From IMG/VR virus record IMGVR_UViG_2061766007_000922: a stretch of 64,000 nt of DNA, one strand, 5' to 3'. The translations under genes were made by a program, and so were the position numbers. Source of the stretch: an uncultured virus (IMG/VR IMGVR_UViG_2061766007_000922). Its lineage: Duplodnaviria; Heunggongvirae; Uroviricota; Caudoviricetes. The notes under the pieces were generated by a model that made no database searches, had not been told where the DNA came from, and saw nothing but the letters and a program-made list of their open reading frames with translations. Numbering within the stretch: position 1 is the first letter of the stretch; the number at the start of each line of letters is the position of its first letter. Shown here piece by piece: positions 47,471-57,508 of the stretch.

Positions 47471-48977
47471 ATGGGAATGAACCTTTTTAGAATTGACGGC
47501 TGGAAGAAGTTGCTCACGGGCTTCGGAATGCTAAAGGACAAATCCACGCAGCAGCACGGGCACCCCACCTTCGGGCGCCTTACCCCGTGGGAACTGGAAG
47601 TGCTTTACTATGCGGGCGGCGTGGCGAAGAACGCCGTAAACATACCCGCCGAAAGCATGGTGCAGCACGGGTTTGAAGTGCAGGGCGATGACGGTTCGCT
47701 TTACGCCCGCTTTGAAGAAATTGACGGCGCCAAGCAAATGGAACTCGCCCTTAAGTGGACGCGAATGCTGGGCGGCGCCCTGGTAATAATGGACGTTGCC
47801 GGGGCTGGCGATTGGGACACGCCCTGGTATCCGGAAAGGGGCGGCAAAATTCGCGGCCTGCGCGTTTANNNNNNNNNNCGACGGTTCGCTTTACGCACGC
47901 TTTGAAGAAATTGACGGCGCCAAGCAAATGGAACTCGCCATTAAGTGGACGCGAATGCTGGGCGGCGCCCTGGTAATAATGGACGTATCCGGGGCGGGCG
48001 ACTGGGATACGCCCTGGTACCCGGAAAGGGGCGGCAAAATTCGCGGCCTGCGCGTTTACCCTTGCGAGCGCGTTATGCTGGGCGAAATGATGGTTTCCAG
48101 CATACCCGAAAGCATTTACTTTGAAGATTACGAGCGCTTTGTGGTGCGCAAGGCCGACGGGAACACGTTCACCGTCCACGCAAGCCGCTGCCTTGTGTTC
48201 AAATCCGCGACCCCGGTTGACCCCACGTTCCCCGGCTGGCTGGAATATGAACGCTACTGGGGGCTTTCCAGCATTTACGAAGGCCTGGAAGACGCCAGGA
48301 ACTACGACATTGGAAAGCAGGGCGTTGCGCACTTGATGCAGGAGTGCAGCGTTGGCAAGTACACAATTTCCAACCTTGAGCAACTGGTGGCCGAAAGCAA
48401 CTACAAGGCGCTGGACAACCGCCTGGAAGCCATGGACGAACAAAAGAGCGTTATTAACGGAATTTTCCTGGGCGAAGGCGAAAACTACACCCGCGAAAAT
48501 GTCACCTTTGCGGGCGTGCCGGAAATTATGGACAGGCAAATGATGGCCGTTTCCGGTTCCTACCGCATACCCGTGACCAAGTTGTTCGGGCGCAGCGCCG
48601 CAGGCATGAACGCCACGGGCGAAGGCGACGATGACAACTACAACGCAACCATCGCGGGCTTGCAGAAGGTGCAGTTGCTGCCGCCGCTTAAGCGCTTGAT
48701 GTGGTGTCTCAACTGCGAAACAAAAACCATCAAGGGCGAGGGCAAGAACCCGCCGAAAATTTGCATTGACTTCCTGCCGCTTTCCAAGCGCGACCAGTTG
48801 AAGGATGCCCAGGTGCGCGAAACCATGAGCCGCGCCGACCGCAACTACGTGGAAGCGGGCATTTTGCCGCCGGATGAAATTATACGCAACCGCTTCGCGG
48901 GCGGCTATAATATAGACACCGCCGTGGACAGCGATTACGTGCCGGACTTTGGTGCAGGTGCAGAAACCGAGGAATAG
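47471..48977 (+). CDS. Portal protein (DUF1073/HI1409-like), with duplicated overlap across a gap
   Basis: IPVTKLFGRSAAGMNATGEGDDDNYN; position after TerL. Confidence 0.85.
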
Positions 48978-48978
48978 C

Positions 48979-50748
48979 ATGGACAAAACGCGCAAGTTTG
49001 CAACCGCACTTTCCCAGGCCGGGGGAATAACAAAGGGCAAACTCCGCAGGCTTAAGGGCAGGCGGTGGAAGTACCCGCTTTCCCTTGAGTTGCGCTACGC
49101 CACCGCAATAAACCGCTACATGACGAAGCGGTGGAAGGAATACATGGCGCAGGCCGTTGCCATGATGGTTCCGCGCAACGACGCGGCGGTTGACCTTGAA
49201 CCCGCTCCGGGCGAATACGGACCGGCGCTTGTCGCCATTGTTGGGCTTGCCCGCAACATTTCCGAATTTAACAAAAAGGAAATGGATGCCTTCCGCCAAA
49301 TAGCGGTCGGCGATGCGTTTGTGCAGGACGAGCCGTGGGTTGCAAAAACGCTGAACGACTGGGCTCAAAACCAGGTTTCGCTAATTACAAAGGCGACCCA
49401 GGATATGCTTGACAAGGTTGCCGCCAGGGTGCGCACCGGGGTCAAGGAAGGCCAAACGAACCGGGAAATAACAAGGAAAATAATGTCCGACCTCCCCGGC
49501 ATTAGTTTCCGCCGAGCCCGCATTATTGCCCGCGACCAGGCCTCCAAGTTGAACGGGGAACTTTCCCAGGGGCGCATGACGGACGCCGGGCTGGAAACCT
49601 ACATTTGGGAAACCGCCTACGACGAGCGCGTGCGCGGCAGGCCTGGCGGCAGGTACCCGCACGTCCTGCCCAGTCACTGGGAAATGCAGGGGAAAATTTG
49701 CCGCTGGGACGACCCGACCGTTTGCCGCAGCACTTCGGGCGAATGGGAAAAGCGCCCGGCAAACGCGCCCTACAACCATCCTGGAATGGAAATAATGTGC
49801 CGCTGCGTTGCCCTGCCGAACTGGGACGAACTGGAAGAAGTTGTGCCAGCCGAGCCGCTGCCGGAAGTTGCGCGGCAGGTGGAAGTTCCCGCTCCCCCGG
49901 CTGTCCCGCAGGTGCCGGAAGTGCAGGACGCCGAACGCATACAAAAGAACGCCGAAAAGTTTGCCAAAACCCTTGTGTCCAAGGGGCTTGTTCCCGACGT
50001 GTACCTTGCGGACAAGACGGCCGAAATTAAAACGGCGCTGGAAACCATGCCAGCGGGCTGGCGCAAGCACTGGATGGACACCTTTGAAAAGACCAAAATC
50101 TACAAAAAGGCTCGCGGAGTTTCTTCCTTTGATACGGAAACAAAGGCGGTGAAGTTTACCACCGCAAGAACGGCAACCCTATTCCACGAACTTGGACACG
50201 CCACGATGGACAGGCTGGGCGACCCGGCATGGCTTGAGTCCATGTACGCCAAACTGGAAGCCCGTGGAGGCATTCACGAACGTATCGCCCAAATGTACCG
50301 CAAGGGCAACGGGTACGGCATGAACGACCGAATGTTGCAGGTGAACCTTGGCAAAACCCTAAAGGAAGAATTTTTGGATGACTTTATTGCCAAGGCGCGG
50401 GCAAGCGGAGCCCGGACCGATGCGGAGCGAATGGCGTTTTTCAAGACGTTTATTGCCGAGCGCGGGGTTGGCTTTGACCAGGCCACGGCCTACGCGGTGA
50501 GCGACTGGATGTCCCTTACAAGAAATTCTCACATGGGCTGGATGCACCCGGCTTCCTACGTGCGCAGTCAAGCCGCCCAGGCCGTGCAGTTTGGCTTTGA
50601 ATACGAGGAGGCGCAACTTGCCGCGCTAAACGTTGAACTGGGCGCCGAATTGTACCAAATTGCTATAACAAGGGAGGGGCAGGCGTTTTTAAAGGCTTTC
50701 CTGCCCAAAACCATGGAACGATTTGAAAAGGAAGTGCTTAAACTATGA
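48979..50748 (+). CDS. MuF (SPP1 gp7-like) minor head protein with C-terminal zincin metallopeptidase extension
   Basis: RARIIARDQ, YIWET..DERVR, HPG..CRC; Pro-rich linker; HELGH (50185-50199), SD..H..Y, ELGAE. Confidence 0.85.
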   Translation: MDKTRKFATALSQAGGITKGKLRRLKGRRWKYPLSLELRYATAINRYMTKRWKEYMAQAVAMMVPRNDAAVDLEPAPGEYGPALVAIVGLARNISEFNKKEMDAFRQIAVGDAFVQDEPWVAKTLNDWAQNQVSLITKATQDMLDKVAARVRTGVKEGQTNREITRKIMSDLPGISFRRARIIARDQASKLNGELSQGRMTDAGLETYIWETAYDERVRGRPGGRYPHVLPSHWEMQGKICRWDDPTVCRSTSGEWEKRPANAPYNHPGMEIMCRCVALPNWDELEEVVPAEPLPEVARQVEVPAPPAVPQVPEVQDAERIQKNAEKFAKTLVSKGLVPDVYLADKTAEIKTALETMPAGWRKHWMDTFEKTKIYKKARGVSSFDTETKAVKFTTARTATLFHELGHATMDRLGDPAWLESMYAKLEARGGIHERIAQMYRKGNGYGMNDRMLQVNLGKTLKEEFLDDFIAKARASGARTDAERMAFFKTFIAERGVGFDQATAYAVSDWMSLTRNSHMGWMHPASYVRSQAAQAVQFGFEYEEAQLAALNVELGAELYQIAITREGQAFLKAFLPKTMERFEKEVLKL

Positions 50749-51005
50749 CCTTGGAAGAATACATTTTGAGCGAAAGTGTGCAGGCCTGGGCAACCGCCCA
50801 GGGATACGATTCTTTTTCCCTTTACCCAACGGGCGACCCGTGTGTTGAACGCGGAGGCAAAACCTACGCCAGCGCGGTGCCGCTTGAAGATCTCCAGGCG
50901 GCGCTTGAGTCCGCAGTTGCCGCAGGCGAAGACTTGGCACCCGGCACGCTTGAAGAAGAAGCGGAACCGGACGACGGGGAAATTTCTATTCCTAAAATAA
51001 TATGA
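50745..51005 (+). CDS. Small acidic protein, candidate immunity paralog 1
   Basis: ATGA overlap with MuF; similar to the next ORF. Confidence 0.55.
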   Translation: MTLEEYILSESVQAWATAQGYDSFSLYPTGDPCVERGGKTYASAVPLEDLQAALESAVAAGEDLAPGTLEEEAEPDDGEISIPKII

Positions 51006-51262
51006 AAGCCCCGCAAATAACATTCCGCTCCCTGCTGGAAAACGAAACCTTTTGCGAAGCCTGCACCGCCAACGGGTACGAAGCCGGGTGGGACGATGAA
51101 CTAAACGCTCCATTTTTGGAAGACGTGACCGGGCGCAGGTATTTCAAGCGCGGCCTTCGCGCCGCCGTGGTGCTTTCCAAAATCCAGGCCGACGGTGGTG
51201 CAGTTTCCCTTTCCGCCATGCTTTCGGAGCCAGTGGTTGCCGAAGAAATGGATTATTTTTAA
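51002..51262 (+). CDS. Small acidic protein, candidate immunity paralog 2
   Basis: ATGA overlap; TAxGY..P.[VL]E..G[KR].Y shared. Confidence 0.55.
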   Translation: MKAPQITFRSLLENETFCEACTANGYEAGWDDELNAPFLEDVTGRRYFKRGLRAAVVLSKIQADGGAVSLSAMLSEPVVAEEMDYF

Positions 51263-51306
51263 TTTGCTATTGCATTTTTAAAAAAAATTTTATTTATATT
51301 TTGGGC

Positions 51307-52500
51307 ATGGCAAAGAAAAAGGACACCGAATTGTCGCAAACCCGCCTTGATTGGTGGGCTGATGGCATTGACTACGAAACAAGCCCGGCAGAAAAAACCG
51401 CCGAGGGCTTTTTGATTGCCCGCGCACCGCTTACCAGCATCGGGGTGTTTACATACCGCAACGCAGACGGGACGCCCCGCCACGAACTGCGTCTGCCGGA
51501 AGAAGTTTTTTCCGAGGAAAGCCTGGCAACGCTGCGCATGAAGCCCCTCACGCTTTTGCACCCGGACGGCGCGGTGACCCCCGAAAACATTGAAGAACTT
51601 TCCGTTGGAAGCGTTGGAACCGACATTTCCACCGATTCATATCGCGTTTACGGCTCCGTCGCCGTGACCAAGGCCGACGGCATTGACGCGGTTGAAGCAA
51701 GAACCGCACGCGGCCTTTCCTGCGGCTACACCTGCGATATTGAATGGACAAGCGGAACGTGGATGGGTGTGCCCTACGATTGCATCCAGCGAAACATTCG
51801 CTACAACCACGTCGCCCTTGTGCCCGTGCCCCGCGCAGGGGACGGCAACGAAATCCGCATGGATGGCGCTGGCACGCCCACGCCCCGCGAAAACTACAAA
51901 CAAAACAACGAGGAAGATATGGACCTTAAAACATACCATATTGACGGGGCTGATTACAAGGCTGAGCCCCAGGTGATTGCAGCCTTGGACAAGGCCGTTG
52001 CCCGTGCGGACGCGGCTGAAAAGGAACTGGAGCAGGTACGCGCCGATTCCAAAACCGCCGCTGAAAAGTTTGCCAGAGAAAAGGCCACCATTGAAGGCGA
52101 ACGCGACACCTACAAGGAACGCATTGACGCCATGGAAAAGGAATTGCCGGGCAAGATTGAAGCCGCCGTGAAGGGACGCATGGAAGTGGTTGCAAAGGCC
52201 ACCGCCGCAGGCGTTGAAGTGCGTGACGACATGGCCGAGGCCGACATTAAGAAGGCGGTTATCATGAAGCAGTTCCCGAACGCGGAACTGGAAGGCAAGG
52301 AACCCGCCTACATTAACGCACGCTTTGACTGCGCCTGCGAACTTGTTAAGGCCGAAGCCGAAAGCAAGAGCCGCCAGGACGCTGCCGAAACCCACAACGT
52401 GAACCCCTCTGCCGAGGAAAAACTTGAAGCCGCCCGCAAGGCATACAATGCCCGAATGGACAGCGCCTGGCAGGATGAACCCAACAACAAGGAGGCCTAA
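51307..52500 (+). CDS. DUF2213 head maturation protease/scaffold
   Basis: TAEGFL, RLPEEVFSEESL, LSCGY, IRYNHVALV..RAG; coiled-coil tail. Confidence 0.85.
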   Translation: MAKKKDTELSQTRLDWWADGIDYETSPAEKTAEGFLIARAPLTSIGVFTYRNADGTPRHELRLPEEVFSEESLATLRMKPLTLLHPDGAVTPENIEELSVGSVGTDISTDSYRVYGSVAVTKADGIDAVEARTARGLSCGYTCDIEWTSGTWMGVPYDCIQRNIRYNHVALVPVPRAGDGNEIRMDGAGTPTPRENYKQNNEEDMDLKTYHIDGADYKAEPQVIAALDKAVARADAAEKELEQVRADSKTAAEKFAREKATIEGERDTYKERIDAMEKELPGKIEAAVKGRMEVVAKATAAGVEVRDDMAEADIKKAVIMKQFPNAELEGKEPAYINARFDCACELVKAEAESKSRQDAAETHNVNPSAEEKLEAARKAYNARMDSAWQDEPNNKEA

Positions 52501-52502
52501 TC

Positions 52503-53231
52503 ATGGCTGCTTACGGAAACATGGACAAGGGTCTGCCGGGTCTTTTGGACGGGCTGACCGAAACGCATCAAATTGACTCCCGCCTTGCCGATGGCGAAAT
52601 CGGCTTTGGCGTGCCGGGCTTTGGCGCTGGCGATGGCGCCCAGGTGAAGGCCAAGGGCGACGCCGCCCTGCTTGGCATTACCGCCCGCACCGATTACGAC
52701 TTCCCCGGCTACCGCGACGGCGACGCCGTGAACGTGGTGAAGACCGGCAAGGTTTGGGCAAAGGCTGGCGAAGCCATTTCCGCCGACGCCGAAGTTAGCG
52801 TCAACGGCGCGACCGGCAAGATTATCGCCAAGACCAGCGCAGCCGCTGGCGCCAAGCGCGTGGTGACCATCACCGCTTCCGGCACTAGCGCCGCCGACAA
52901 GGTTGTGACCGTTGTGGTTGGCGACAAGGTTTTCCAGTTGACCACCACCGCCGACGTGAAGGCCGCGAACGATGTTGCAGCCGCCATTAAGGCAGGCCTG
53001 GAAGCGCTGGACATTCCGTTTGTGCCGACGGTTTCTTCCGCCGTTGTGACCCTTACCGCAAAGGAAAAGGGCGTTGAAAACACGGCAATCACCGCCAGCA
53101 CCACCGACGGCACGCAGACGCTGACGGTCGCGCAGACCGCCGCAGGCAGCGACCCGGTGCTGAACCCTGGCTGGCACGCACGTTCCACCGCCGAAGCCGC
53201 AGATGACCTCATCCTTGTGGACCTTGGCTAA
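52503..53231 (+). CDS. Capsid decoration/cement protein with inserted beta domain
   Basis: IGFGV, YRDGDAVNVVKTGKVW; lies between scaffold and MCP. Confidence 0.7.
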   Translation: MAAYGNMDKGLPGLLDGLTETHQIDSRLADGEIGFGVPGFGAGDGAQVKAKGDAALLGITARTDYDFPGYRDGDAVNVVKTGKVWAKAGEAISADAEVSVNGATGKIIAKTSAAAGAKRVVTITASGTSAADKVVTVVVGDKVFQLTTTADVKAANDVAAAIKAGLEALDIPFVPTVSSAVVTLTAKEKGVENTAITASTTDGTQTLTVAQTAAGSDPVLNPGWHARSTAEAADDLILVDLG

Positions 53232-53248
53232 TTTAAGGAGACAAAAAC

Positions 53249-54175
53249 ATGGACCCGAAAAACGAAATGCGCTTGGACGGAATGGAGCAGGTTTTCTTTG
53301 ACGAACAACTTGCGCTCATCAAAGCCCGCACCTATGACGTTCGCCACAAGGCGCTGAAGGCACTCACCCTTCTTCCCGTGAGCACCGAGCAGGACCCCGG
53401 CGCCGAACACATTATTTGGCGCTCCTTTGACCAGGTTGGCATTGCCAAGTTGGTTTCCGACTACGCCAACGATTACCCCCGCGTGGACATTGGCGGCGAA
53501 GAACACACCAGCCCCATCAAGGAAATTGGCGCTTCCTACGGCTACTCCATCAAGGAAATCCGCCGTGCGCAGAAGGCTGGCATTTCCCTGGATGCCAAGA
53601 AGGCCGAAGCCTGCCGCCGCGCCATTGACGAAAAGCAGGACAGCATTGCCTGGAAGGGCGACGCCAAGGGCAAACTCCCCGGCTTCTTCAACCACCCCGG
53701 AATCACGGAATACGTTGCCCCGAACGGCGCAGGCGGTTCCAAGACCTGGGCAAGCAAGACGGCCGACGAAATTGTTGCGGACTTTGCCGCAATTATTTCC
53801 ACTGCACCGGAAAGCACGAACGGCATTGAGCAGCCGGACACGGTCATCATGCCGCTTTCGCTTTACAACAAGTTGCAGAACACGCCGTATGGTAGCAACC
53901 GCGACAAGACCATCCTGGGCTTCATTCGCGAAAACTACCCGCAGATTACCCGCATTGACTGGGTGCAGGACCTGGTTGGCGCTGGTGCCGGAAACACAAG
54001 CCGCGTGATGGCCTATGCCCGCGACCCGATGAAGGTTGAGGTGCAGATTCCGCAGCGCTTTGAACAAATGCCGCCGCAGTTGACCGGCAAGGCATACGAC
54101 ATCATCTGCTCGCAGAGCACTGGCGGCACGCTGGTGTACTACCCGCAGAGCGTTGTATTCTGCGACGGGCTCTAG
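53249..54175 (+). CDS. Major capsid protein (DUF2184/encapsulin-like HK97 fold)
   Basis: YGYSIKEIRRA, GFFNHP, WASKTADEI, PDTVIMP, GGTLVYYP. Confidence 0.9.
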   Translation: MDPKNEMRLDGMEQVFFDEQLALIKARTYDVRHKALKALTLLPVSTEQDPGAEHIIWRSFDQVGIAKLVSDYANDYPRVDIGGEEHTSPIKEIGASYGYSIKEIRRAQKAGISLDAKKAEACRRAIDEKQDSIAWKGDAKGKLPGFFNHPGITEYVAPNGAGGSKTWASKTADEIVADFAAIISTAPESTNGIEQPDTVIMPLSLYNKLQNTPYGSNRDKTILGFIRENYPQITRIDWVQDLVGAGAGNTSRVMAYARDPMKVEVQIPQRFEQMPPQLTGKAYDIICSQSTGGTLVYYPQSVVFCDGL

Positions 54176-54396
54176 TTCAACTCCTGAAGAGAGCACCCCG
54201 GCGGGCGGGGATAATAGCCCGCCACACTATTGAAACGGGTTGCCGGGCAACGCCCGCCCGGCAACCTTATTTTTTAGGGCGAGAAACCGCGCCTGCGGCC
54301 TTGTTTTGGTTTTGCCAGCACCCTTGTGCTTCTATGCCGCGAACCGGGCTTGTAGGGGCTTAAAAACAAGAAAACCATCTACTCAGGAGATGAACC

Positions 54397-54774
54397 ATGC
54401 TTGTAAACTACAAAAACGCGAACGTGCTCGCTGCCGAATGCGGCAAGGGCGAACCGAAACTGATTTTGGTGCCGGGCTTGAACGTGGTGGACGATGCCCA
54501 CTGGGAAAAGGCCAAGGCCACCCTGGAAGGCCACATTAAGCGCGGCCTGGTGGTGCCCATTGAAAAGGTGACCAAGAAGGACGGCAAGGAAGTGAAAAGC
54601 CCGGCAACCCCGGACGAAATTCCGAACGACCAAATTGACGACGTTGTAAACGAACTCAAATCCGAAGCGCAGGCCGACAAGTTTGTGAAGGCCGCGACCA
54701 AGGAAAGCGTCCGCGCCAAGGGCATGAACCGCAAGGAAGCGATTAAAAAGGAAGTTGAGGAAAGCCGTAAATAA
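54397..54774 (+). CDS. Head-associated hypothetical protein
   Basis: LVPGLNVV; after MCP. Confidence 0.65.
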   Translation: MLVNYKNANVLAAECGKGEPKLILVPGLNVVDDAHWEKAKATLEGHIKRGLVVPIEKVTKKDGKEVKSPATPDEIPNDQIDDVVNELKSEAQADKFVKAATKESVRAKGMNRKEAIKKEVEESRK

Positions 54775-54789
54775 GGAGCATTTGTAGCC

Positions 54790-55218
54790 ATGTCCGCCCC
54801 GCTTACCATTGACCAGTATTTGGCAGCAATAGCGCCCGCCCTTGCGACGGACGCGAACAAGGCCGTTTACATTGAAATGGCAACGGAGCGGACAAACAAG
54901 TGCTTTTATGGCGGAAAGTACAACCAGGCCGTCGCCCTGCTTGCCGCGCACATTGCCTTCCTTTTGAACGCCCAGGCCGGGGCAATGGGAACCGGAAGCG
55001 GCTCCGCCGATGCCGGAAGCGTGGGCACAATTACCAGCAAGCGGGAAGGCGACCTTTCGGTTTCCTATGGCGCGGGTGCGGTTTCCGTTTCCGATGCCGG
55101 GGTTTCCGACGCCGAACTGGCACAAACCCGCTTCGGCCTCATGCTTTTGGCACTCCGCAAGGGGTGCCGCCCGTTCATGGGCGTGATAAACGGGGGACGG
55201 GGTTGTGGCAGATGTTAA
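54790..55218 (+). CDS. Head-tail adaptor (DUF4054-like)
   Basis: ALLAAHI, ITSKREGDLSVSY, TRFG. Confidence 0.8.
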   Translation: MSAPLTIDQYLAAIAPALATDANKAVYIEMATERTNKCFYGGKYNQAVALLAAHIAFLLNAQAGAMGTGSGSADAGSVGTITSKREGDLSVSYGAGAVSVSDAGVSDAELAQTRFGLMLLALRKGCRPFMGVINGGRGCGRC

Positions 55219-55735
55219 ATTTAAAACCATTGACCGGGGTGCCCTGCGCATCCGCAGGGAACTGAAAGTCGCAGCCGGGAAGGTTGCGCTTGTAGGCGTT
55301 CCCGGAACCGCCGACCCGGTACTTGACGCAAACGGGAAGCCTGCCGAAATTAGCATGGCGCAACTTGCCTTTATTATGGAAAAGGGCAGCGACGTGAACA
55401 AAATTCCAGCCCGCCCGTTCATGGAACGCACCAGGCAGCGCTGCACCCCCGACATTGCAAAGTATTCCCGCAAACTTTATTCCGCAGTCCTTTCCGGCAG
55501 AATTGGGGCAAACCAGGCTCTCAAACTTTTGGGCGAACGCTATGAAGGCGAAATGAAGCAAACCTTTACAAAGGAAACCTTCGCACCCAACGCCCCGATT
55601 ACAATTAACGGCGGCTGGATGCGGAACAAGGTAAACGGAAAGGTCTTCAAGGTAAAGGGCAAGGGCAGCAGCCGCCCGCTGGTTGACGAAGGGCGCCTGC
55701 GCGGTTCAATTATTCACAAGGTGGCGAAGGTATGA
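55205..55735 (+). CDS. Neck/tail-completion protein
   Basis: IPARPFM, PNAPITI, KGSSRPLVDEGRLRGSI. Confidence 0.75.
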   Translation: MADVKFKTIDRGALRIRRELKVAAGKVALVGVPGTADPVLDANGKPAEISMAQLAFIMEKGSDVNKIPARPFMERTRQRCTPDIAKYSRKLYSAVLSGRIGANQALKLLGERYEGEMKQTFTKETFAPNAPITINGGWMRNKVNGKVFKVKGKGSSRPLVDEGRLRGSIIHKVAKV

Positions 55736-56076
55736 GCACGCTATTTCCCCATGTCATTGCAGTGCTGCGCCGCACCGGGAGCCGCGTGAACGGGCGCTGG
55801 GTTTCCACGCCCGAAACCAGGGTCAACGTGACGGGCAGCGTGCAGCCAGTAAGCGGCAAGGACACGCAGTTCCTGCCGGAAGGCAGGCGCGACGTTGGAG
55901 TTGTGAAAATTTACTGCAACTCCCCGCTTAACGTAAGCGTGGAAGGCAGCGCGGACAGCGGCGATATAGTTATTTGGCACGGCAAGAAGTGGGAAGTGTT
56001 CCAGGAACTTGCCTTTGCGAACGGGCTAATTAACCATTACAAGTATTTGGCGGGCTACGTTGGGGAGGCGACATAA
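55732..56076 (+). CDS. Head closure protein
   Basis: GSVQPV..LPEGRR..DIVIWHGKKWEV..HYK. Confidence 0.75.
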   Translation: MSTLFPHVIAVLRRTGSRVNGRWVSTPETRVNVTGSVQPVSGKDTQFLPEGRRDVGVVKIYCNSPLNVSVEGSADSGDIVIWHGKKWEVFQELAFANGLINHYKYLAGYVGEAT

Positions 56077-56557
56077 TGGCTGCAACCGCAACGGGAACAA
56101 TTACCGCCCTTTGGGACCTGCTTTACAACTGGATGCACGGCGTGCTTCCTTCCGTTCAAATTTGCGAAAGCCACGAAAACGCTCCCACCCCAAAAGGCAA
56201 CTTTATTTCGGTGGAATACGCGGGCAACTGGCAATTCGCGGGAACCGCACCCAGCAAAATGGTGGACGGCCGCGAAGACCTGCCGTCGCCCCGCCTCTAC
56301 GTTTACCGGGGCTCCGTGCAGGTGCGCGATGTGGACGGCAACGGGGAAAACCTGCTGGCGCTTATTGAAAGCCTGGACACCGAACCCGTTTTGCAAATGT
56401 TCGGGGACGCAGGTGTTTCCGTTCTTCGGACAACCGGACCCGTGGCGATGCCAGCCTTGCAGCAAACGCGCTGGCGCCGCGAAAGCATTTTGACCCTTGA
56501 AATGGCCTGGGCGCGTGCGTACACCGGGAGCGACCTTACCATTGAAAGCGTGGAAAT
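56076..56557 (+). CDS. Tail terminator/neck protein (truncated by gap)
   Basis: Gene order; IESVE end. Confidence 0.6.
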
Positions 56558-56567
56558 NNNNNNNNNN

Positions 56568-57057
56568 CTTCCCGTATGAACCTGGTACATCGACATGGGC
56601 GTACAAGACGCTCAACGGCGTTACTCCCGATACGCTTCTTGCAAGCCAGGAAACAGCGCTCAAGAACAAGAACTGCAACTATTACATGACCGTCGGCGGC
56701 GTGTCCATCACGCAGGAAGGCAAGGTTGCAAGCGGCGAATACATCGACATCATCATCGGTACGGACTGGATCGAAGCCCGCCTCCGTGAAGCCGTATATT
56801 CCGCACTTGTGAACAACCGCAAGATTCCGTATGACGACACGGGCATCGCCATGATTGAAGGTCTTGTAAAGGGCGTCCTCAACGAAGCCGCAAGCAAGGG
56901 CATCTTGCAGGCGGATTCTATCGCCGTTACGGTTCCGAAGTACGCGGACATCCCGCAAGCAGACAAACTTGCAAGAAAGTTGCCCGATGTCAAGTTCTCT
57001 GCACTCTATCAGGGCGCAATCCACAGCGTAACAATCAACGGCACGATTTCCGTGTAA
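56568..57057 (+). CDS. Tail sheath (DUF3383-like), C-terminal fragment
   Basis: TWAYKTLNGV, GEYIDIIIGTDW, KIPYDDTG, GAIHSVTING. Confidence 0.85.
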
Positions 57058-57074
57058 ACTAAAAGGAGTCTATC

Positions 57075-57506
57075 ATGGCAGACTTGACCGTAAAGACTTA
57101 CGACCCGAAGCAGGTCGTCATTACATTCGGCGTCATTCCAATCAGCGGTTATGCCGATGGAACGTTTGTTTCCGTCAACCGCTCCGGCGACGCTTTCACC
57201 AAGAAAAAGGGCGCAGCCGGTGATGTCGAACGCGTGAACAAGAACCAGGGCGATTTCGAAGTCACCGTTACGCTCTTGCAGACCGCGGCTGTCAATGCCG
57301 AACTGTCCGCAGCACTCGCCGCAGACCAGCTCACCAACGCCGGCGTTTTCCCGCTCACTATCAAGGACCTGCTCGGCAATACGTTGTTCTTTGCTCCGCA
57401 GGCCTGGATCCGCAAGGACCCGGAATGGGAAGATGGCGACGATACGAACAGCCGTGCATGGGTCTTTGACACCGGCATCGGTTCAAACCTCGTCGGAGGT
57501 AACTAG
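57075..57506 (+). CDS. Tail tube protein (DUF3277-like)
   Basis: TYDPKQV, GYADGTF, GAAG, VTLLQT. Confidence 0.85.
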   Translation: MADLTVKTYDPKQVVITFGVIPISGYADGTFVSVNRSGDAFTKKKGAAGDVERVNKNQGDFEVTVTLLQTAAVNAELSAALAADQLTNAGVFPLTIKDLLGNTLFFAPQAWIRKDPEWEDGDDTNSRAWVFDTGIGSNLVGGN

Positions 57507-57508
57507 TA

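Noticed and set aside
47690..48060. Repeat within the portal gene
   Set aside because: Duplicated contig overlap around a gap.
47471..48977. Anti-CBASS Acb1 function sometimes attached to this portal family
   Set aside because: No HxT/HxT phosphoesterase domain is visible; context indicates a plain portal.
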